The position numbers and the translations under genes were made by a program. DNA of 50,673 nt from Dehalococcoidia bacterium (GTDB taxonomy: Bacteria; Chloroflexota; Dehalococcoidia; Lucifugimonadales; CAUZEB01), in assembly GCA_963578655.1 (NCBI GenBank), contig CAUZEB010000001.1:1-50673 (forward strand). Reading direction: 5' to 3'. Below are positions 46,461 to 50,673 of this stretch, in pieces. A model generated the notes under the pieces. It worked only from the letters and a program-made list of their open reading frames with translations. It searched no databases and had not been told where the DNA came from. The first letter of the stretch is position 1, and each line of letters begins with the position of its first letter.

Positions 46461-47522
46461 ATGACGAACGAAAGGGATAAGGCGCTTGAACTAGCTATAG
46501 GACAAATTGATCGACACTTCGGACGTGGTACCGTTATGAAACTCGGCCAAACCGATATGCATTCTAGAGTGGGCGCCATCTCCACTGGATCTATATCGCT
46601 AGATATGGCTCTTGGAGTGGGTGGGATTCCTAAAGGGCGTGTGACTGAAATATTTGGAGCGGAATCATCAGGGAAATCTACTCTAACCTATCATGTTATG
46701 GCTTCAGCACAAAGAGAAGGAGGCACCGCGGCGTATATAGATGCTGAACATGCCCTTGATCCTGCTTACGCTGAAAAGTGCGGTATAGACGTAAATGAGC
46801 TTTTAGTGTCTCAGCCAGATACAGCAGAACAAGCTCTGGAAATATGCGAATATTTGGTCCGTAGTGGAGTTGTAGATGTTGTGGTTATTGATAGTGTGGC
46901 TGCCCTAGTACCAAAGGCGGAATTGGAAGGAGATATGGGTGATACACATGTGGGATTGCAAGCTAGACTAATGTCTCAAGCCTTGCGCAAACTCACCTCC
47001 GCCATTCATAAATATAACACATCCATAATTTTCATAAATCAATTAAGAGAGAAAATAGGGGTATTCTTTGGGAATCCGGAAGTGACTCCGGGGGGACGAG
47101 CACTAAAATTTTACAGCTCGGTCCGTATAGATCTTCGTAGAATCGAGTCAATTAAGAAAGGAAGCGAGGTAATGGGAAACAGGGTAAGGGCGCGAATAGT
47201 AAAGAATAAAGTAGCTCCTCCATTCCGCTTGGCAGAATTTGATATTATGTTTTCTGAAGGAGTAAGTAGGACTGGTGATCTCTTGGATGTAGGGGTTGAA
47301 TCGGACATAATATCTAAGAGCGGAGCGTTTTACTCGTTTGGAGATACGAGATTAGGCCAGGGCCGTGAAAATTCGAAGAATTTCTTGAAAGAACATAAAG
47401 AAATAACGGATAATATTGAGAAACTTATTAGAGATAAACTGAGTTCCGAATCCGGGGCCGGAGTTGATAAACTTCGAGATGAAACGACGGTTGCGGTTAA
47501 CACAAATGGAACAAAGGCGTGA
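46461..47522 (+). CDS. recA: Recombinase RecA
   Basis: '[16 protein letters not shown]', Walker A 'GAESSGKST', 'VVIDSVAAL', '[11 protein letters not shown]'. SD GGAAGGAG upstream. Confidence 0.97.
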   Translation: MTNERDKALELAIGQIDRHFGRGTVMKLGQTDMHSRVGAISTGSISLDMALGVGGIPKGRVTEIFGAESSGKSTLTYHVMASAQREGGTAAYIDAEHALDPAYAEKCGIDVNELLVSQPDTAEQALEICEYLVRSGVVDVVVIDSVAALVPKAELEGDMGDTHVGLQARLMSQALRKLTSAIHKYNTSIIFINQLREKIGVFFGNPEVTPGGRALKFYSSVRIDLRRIESIKKGSEVMGNRVRARIVKNKVAPPFRLAEFDIMFSEGVSRTGDLLDVGVESDIISKSGAFYSFGDTRLGQGRENSKNFLKEHKEITDNIEKLIRDKLSSESGAGVDKLRDETTVAVNTNGTKA

Positions 47523-47777
47523 ATTAAGTAACATTTGATTGATAACCGTACCAGTGTGAATGTCTTTCAGCTAACTTTCTCTAAATGTGGTGTTTATTAG
47601 TCCATCCGAGTTAGATCGGGAATCCTCACTTTGTTAAATGTATGTCGCGTTAGCAGTGACTTGGTAGAAATCTAGGAGAACGGCTTTGATTGATTTGTCT
47701 TGATGGGAAATAAGATCAGTCTCAGCAAATCGGGAAACTCAGCTATGTTCTGATTTGGCTCTTATCAGCCACTAAGC

Positions 47778-48254
47778 GTGGCGGAGGCCAGATATCACTC
47801 GCGTTCCAGATTTCCAATCGAGGTTGTGAAAGAGGTAGGCGAATCTCTGTTAGAGAAAGAGACGCTTGATGACTATAGGTGTTCCACGTTCTGGAGACAT
47901 AGTCGTCATGTTCACAGATCTAAAAGTGCTGTAGCCATCAAAAAGAAGCTCACGACCAAAGGGACATCCGTAGATATTATTGAGACTGCATTAGAAGATT
48001 TCGACGACACCATTAGCGCGCATGAAGCCGGTTTCAAGTTCCCAGGATTTTTAAATACATGCTATTTTGGGTCATCCGATCGGAAACTCTGCAATTATTT
48101 GCTTTGTCGGGGCTTTAGCGAGCCAGTAATAAGGTGTACCATTAGGCAGGTTTGGCAAGGACGAGAGGATTGCAACAGGTTGTCGCGTGAAAATCTAAAT
48201 GTGATGCCGGACAAACGTAGATATTACTCCAAGGAGGTAGACACTCGTGGCTGA
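47778..48254 (+). CDS. recX: RecX-like regulatory protein (divergent)
   Basis: Sits downstream of recA. RecX-like repeats 'RSRFPIEVVKEV...LLEKETLDDYR', 'IKKKLTTKGTSVDIIETAL', 'KLCNYLLCRGFSEPVI'. GTG start, atypically Cys/His/Trp-rich. Confidence 0.5.
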   Translation: MAEARYHSRSRFPIEVVKEVGESLLEKETLDDYRCSTFWRHSRHVHRSKSAVAIKKKLTTKGTSVDIIETALEDFDDTISAHEAGFKFPGFLNTCYFGSSDRKLCNYLLCRGFSEPVIRCTIRQVWQGREDCNRLSRENLNVMPDKRRYYSKEVDTRG

Positions 48255-49542
48255 AGTAAGTCCCTTTTTTATTATGGTGGTATTTCTGGTACTTTCCGCC
48301 TTTTTCTCAAGTTCTGAAGCTGCCTATCTTTCTCTTCAGAAGACCAGGATAGCACATATGGTAAACACAGACGTACCTGGAGCGAAGAGAATCGCGAGTA
48401 TGATTGAGCAACCTGAAAGATTACTATCAACAATATTACTTGGAAATAACTTAGTTAATGTAGCGTTCACCGCTATAGTAACTGCAGTGATAGTAGCACA
48501 CCTCGGAGAGACAGAAGGCGTAGTTGTAGCAACAATTGTAGGTACAGTACTCTTACTAATTGTGGGAGAAATTCTACCCAAGTCAATAGCACTGAGAAAT
48601 TCAGAACGAGTCGTTTTCTGGTACTCTCATCCACTAAGATGGCTAGAGATATTGTTGTGGCCGATGATAATTATTCTTCAATGGATCACGAATAGAACCC
48701 ATTCAGTATTAGGCAATGGTAGCTCCGATCGACAATCTATAACTGAAGGTGAATTAAGAACCCTCATAGATATTGGGGAGGCTGAGGGTACCTTTGAACC
48801 GGATGAAGCTGAAATGTTGGAAAATGTATTTCGGTTTGGAGATAGGCAAGTCCGGGAGGTGATGACTCCTCGCACGGACATAATACCTTTGCCATACGGT
48901 GCAAGTTTGGCACAATTTCTGGATGTCTACAGTAAGAATACCCATACAAGGTTTCCTGTGTATAAGAATGAGATGGATAATATCGTTGGTATTATATCGG
49001 TTAAGGATGTGTTGAAGACCATGTCATCAAGAAGGCTAAACTACGAGGATTCTGTGACAGACGTTGTCAGAAATGCTTATTACGTCCCAGAAACAAAGAG
49101 AATCGCCGAGTTGTTTTCAGAAATGCGACGTCTTGGTAACCAGATGGCTATTGCAATTGATGAGTATGGAGGACTGGCTGGTGTAGCAACATTGAAGCGT
49201 CTCACAGAAGAAGTAGTAGGACCTTTGGTCGGTGAAGAAGGAGAAGCACCTGAAGAGGAATACGAGACCATTGACGAGAACACGTTGCAAATTGAAGGAA
49301 GTATGAGTATAGATGAAGCGAATGAGGAACTTGGGCTCCAATTGATAGAGGGAGATTACGATACTGTAGCTGGTTTTGTTTTGAACATAATGGGACAAAT
49401 TCCTACAACCGGCGATCAATTTGAATATAAAGAACTTAAATTTGAAATTATTCAGATGACTAATCGTAAAATAGACACCGTAAAGGTCATAAGGCCACAA
49501 TTCACTGAAAGTAGGGTTGAAAGTGAGACTAATACTGATTAG
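48247..49542 (+). CDS. CNNM/DUF21 domain, CBS pair and CorC_HlyC domain protein (hemolysin-family / CorB-like)
   Basis: N-terminal 4-TM DUF21 ('SSSEAAYLSL', 'GEILPKSIA'), a CBS pair ('VREVMTPRTDI', 'FPVYKNEMDNIVGIISVKDV', 'AIAIDEYGGLAGVATLKRL') and a C-terminal CorC_HlyC domain. Confidence 0.85.
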   Translation: MAEVSPFFIMVVFLVLSAFFSSSEAAYLSLQKTRIAHMVNTDVPGAKRIASMIEQPERLLSTILLGNNLVNVAFTAIVTAVIVAHLGETEGVVVATIVGTVLLLIVGEILPKSIALRNSERVVFWYSHPLRWLEILLWPMIIILQWITNRTHSVLGNGSSDRQSITEGELRTLIDIGEAEGTFEPDEAEMLENVFRFGDRQVREVMTPRTDIIPLPYGASLAQFLDVYSKNTHTRFPVYKNEMDNIVGIISVKDVLKTMSSRRLNYEDSVTDVVRNAYYVPETKRIAELFSEMRRLGNQMAIAIDEYGGLAGVATLKRLTEEVVGPLVGEEGEAPEEEYETIDENTLQIEGSMSIDEANEELGLQLIEGDYDTVAGFVLNIMGQIPTTGDQFEYKELKFEIIQMTNRKIDTVKVIRPQFTESRVESETNTD

Positions 49543-50176
49543 ACACGGGGAGACAGATTTAAATAAGAATGGGCGTTTCCAGGGGCTAGACGAAGCATCT
49601 TTAAATTCTAAAGGTAGAGTTCAGGCTCATCGTCTGAGCTCGGTATTGCCATTCGATCTGCCCTTTACAATGTATTCAAGTCCGTTACCACGATCATTAG
49701 AAACCTCTAGCATTATCTCTGAAACAGTATTGGTAGACTACACAATCGTGCCAGAACTCCAAGAGTTAAACATTGGAGAACTGTCCGGTTTGAATGGTGA
49801 AGAGACTCGCGTACTTTATCCAGGACTTATGGAGGAATGGAATAAGGATCCAGCATCTGTTCGATTTCCCAACGGAGAATCACTAAAGGAATTGCAGGAA
49901 AGAGTCTGGAATTCTGTTCTCAAATTGTATTCGAAACATTATGATGAAACGGTGGTGGCTGTGAGTCATAATTTCGCCATTTCGGCCGTGGTGTCTAAAG
50001 TTGTTGGCCTAGCCCTTAGTAAAATCCGTGGCTTAAGCCACGATCTTTGTGGAATAACTCGAATTGAAATCGCGAAGGACAGATACTGCTTAACATCGTT
50101 TAATGAAACTATGCACCTGCGCGAAATATTACCTGGGGACTGGAGTGAAAAGGGAACAAATTTCAGAAAAACTTAA
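49517..50176 (+). CDS. Histidine phosphatase family protein (second paralog)
   Basis: 'LILIRHGETDLN', 'SSPLPRSLETS', 'VSHNF'. TTG start overlapping the previous gene by 26 nt. Confidence 0.8.
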   Translation: MKVRLILIRHGETDLNKNGRFQGLDEASLNSKGRVQAHRLSSVLPFDLPFTMYSSPLPRSLETSSIISETVLVDYTIVPELQELNIGELSGLNGEETRVLYPGLMEEWNKDPASVRFPNGESLKELQERVWNSVLKLYSKHYDETVVAVSHNFAISAVVSKVVGLALSKIRGLSHDLCGITRIEIAKDRYCLTSFNETMHLREILPGDWSEKGTNFRKT

Positions 50177-50673
50177 TAACCAAGTCAAAACAGCTGTTAG
50201 AAAAGCAGACTTGACCGGTGAACTGTTAGTAGTTGCTGTATCAGGTGGCCCAGATTCCATGGCGCTTGTTCATGCCCTACACCATGTCAGAAACGAATTG
50301 GATCTTAAAATACATGGCGCTCATTTGGATCACCAATTAAGGGGCAATGCTTCTACGTTAGACGCTCAGTATGTATCCGATGTATTTAGAAGTTTAGGTA
50401 TACAGTCCACTATTGAGCAATATAATGTCGGCTCACTAATGGAAAAGAAAAGTCTATCTATGGAGGTCGCTGCGCGGGAAGCTAGATATCATTTTTTGTC
50501 AAAAGTTGCGAAACAGAAACGAGCAGCGGCAATAGCTTTAGGGCATACAATGGATGACCAGGTGGAGACTGTGCTCATGAATATTATGAGGGGCAGCGGT
50601 CTTTCTGGGATTGCAGGGATGAGAATGTTGGGATTCGGTCCCCTCAAGGGGAATAAGATACAATTATTTAGAC
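50145..50673 (+). CDS. tilS: tRNA(Ile)-lysidine synthase TilS, 5' partial (runs off the window)
   Basis: Open frame to the window end (absent from the ORF track because there is no stop). PP-loop 'LLVVAVSGGPDSMAL', 'HLDHQLRG', 'AAREARYHFL', 'LGHTMDDQVETVLMNIMRGSGLSG'. The start is uncertain (GTG 50145, ATG 50103 or TTG 50211). Confidence 0.8.
   Translation, partial: MKREQISEKLNNQVKTAVRKADLTGELLVVAVSGGPDSMALVHALHHVRNELDLKIHGAHLDHQLRGNASTLDAQYVSDVFRSLGIQSTIEQYNVGSLMEKKSLSMEVAAREARYHFLSKVAKQKRAAAIALGHTMDDQVETVLMNIMRGSGLSGIAGMRMLGFGPLKGNKIQLFR

Noticed and set aside
46319-46585. 88-aa minus-strand ORF overlapping the recA start.
   Set aside because: It overlaps the 5' end of the well-supported recA gene and its SD region, and it has no motifs.
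1-50673. Possibility that TGA is a sense codon genome-wide (genetic code 4 or 25), prompted by the in-frame TGA at 40595 and the TGAs upstream of recX.
   Set aside because: Nearly all recognisable genes are intact under the standard code. Long conserved proteins (UvrA, DnaA, RecA, Obg, TrpB) contain no internal TGA. A single UGA in a UxxC context fits selenocysteine, not global reassignment.
1-50673. Search for tRNA, rRNA, CRISPR arrays, transposases, integrases and phage genes.
   Set aside because: No T-loop-like GGTTCGAATCC-type sequences occur in the non-coding gaps. No regularly spaced repeats were seen other than the 20-bp DnaA-box tandem. No ORF carries transposase or integrase motifs.

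Overview
A bacterial chromosomal segment of about 50.7 kb, low to moderate GC by eye, densely coding, that spans the replication-origin region. dnaA (21840-23270, minus) is followed by a 330-bp spacer. The spacer carries three perfect, same-orientation TTATCCACA DnaA boxes spaced 20-21 bp apart, one inverted 8/9 box and an AT-rich tract. After the spacer come obg-nadD-pyrE rather than dnaN.

The remaining genes fall into two groups:
- Housekeeping: uvrA, recA, recX-like, pth, rpsU, trpB, moaA, rdgB, mazG, fbp, a class I aldolase, and a 5' partial tilS at the right edge.
- Catabolic and redox enzymes: SDR, Ldh_2, GMC, Zn-ADH, CoA-transferase A/B, a glutaryl-CoA-dehydrogenase-like enzyme, thiolase, D-aminoacylase, two MFS transporters, two IMPase paralogs and two histidine-phosphatase paralogs.

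The content (TIGR03843/DUF3090 pair, PPOX/F420-like protein, many TTG/GTG starts) suggests a Chloroflexota- or Actinomycetota-like organism, but this is only an inference. I found no rRNA, tRNA, CRISPR array, transposase or integrase.

Most notable observations:
1. Two adjacent minus-strand ORFs (40343-40897) are one reading frame interrupted by a single TGA inside a U-G-S-C motif, with a hairpin just downstream. This is a candidate selenoprotein.
2. A single ORF fuses a complete RNase HI domain to MoaC.
3. A co-directional cluster (43197-46274) encodes two YtkA/FixH-like periplasmic domains, a c-type cytochrome and a 516-aa polytopic membrane protein with a predicted N-terminal His and a six-Cys loop. 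The middle gene carries two frame disruptions, one of them an exact 7-bp tandem duplication.
4. A conserved uncharacterised pair sits together: a PI3/4-kinase-like SCO1664-family protein and a DUF3090 zinc-ribbon protein.
5. The origin architecture itself.

Several start codons from the ORF track were moved to internal starts supported by Shine-Dalgarno sequences, as noted per feature. All family assignments come from motif recognition by eye, and no database search was run.
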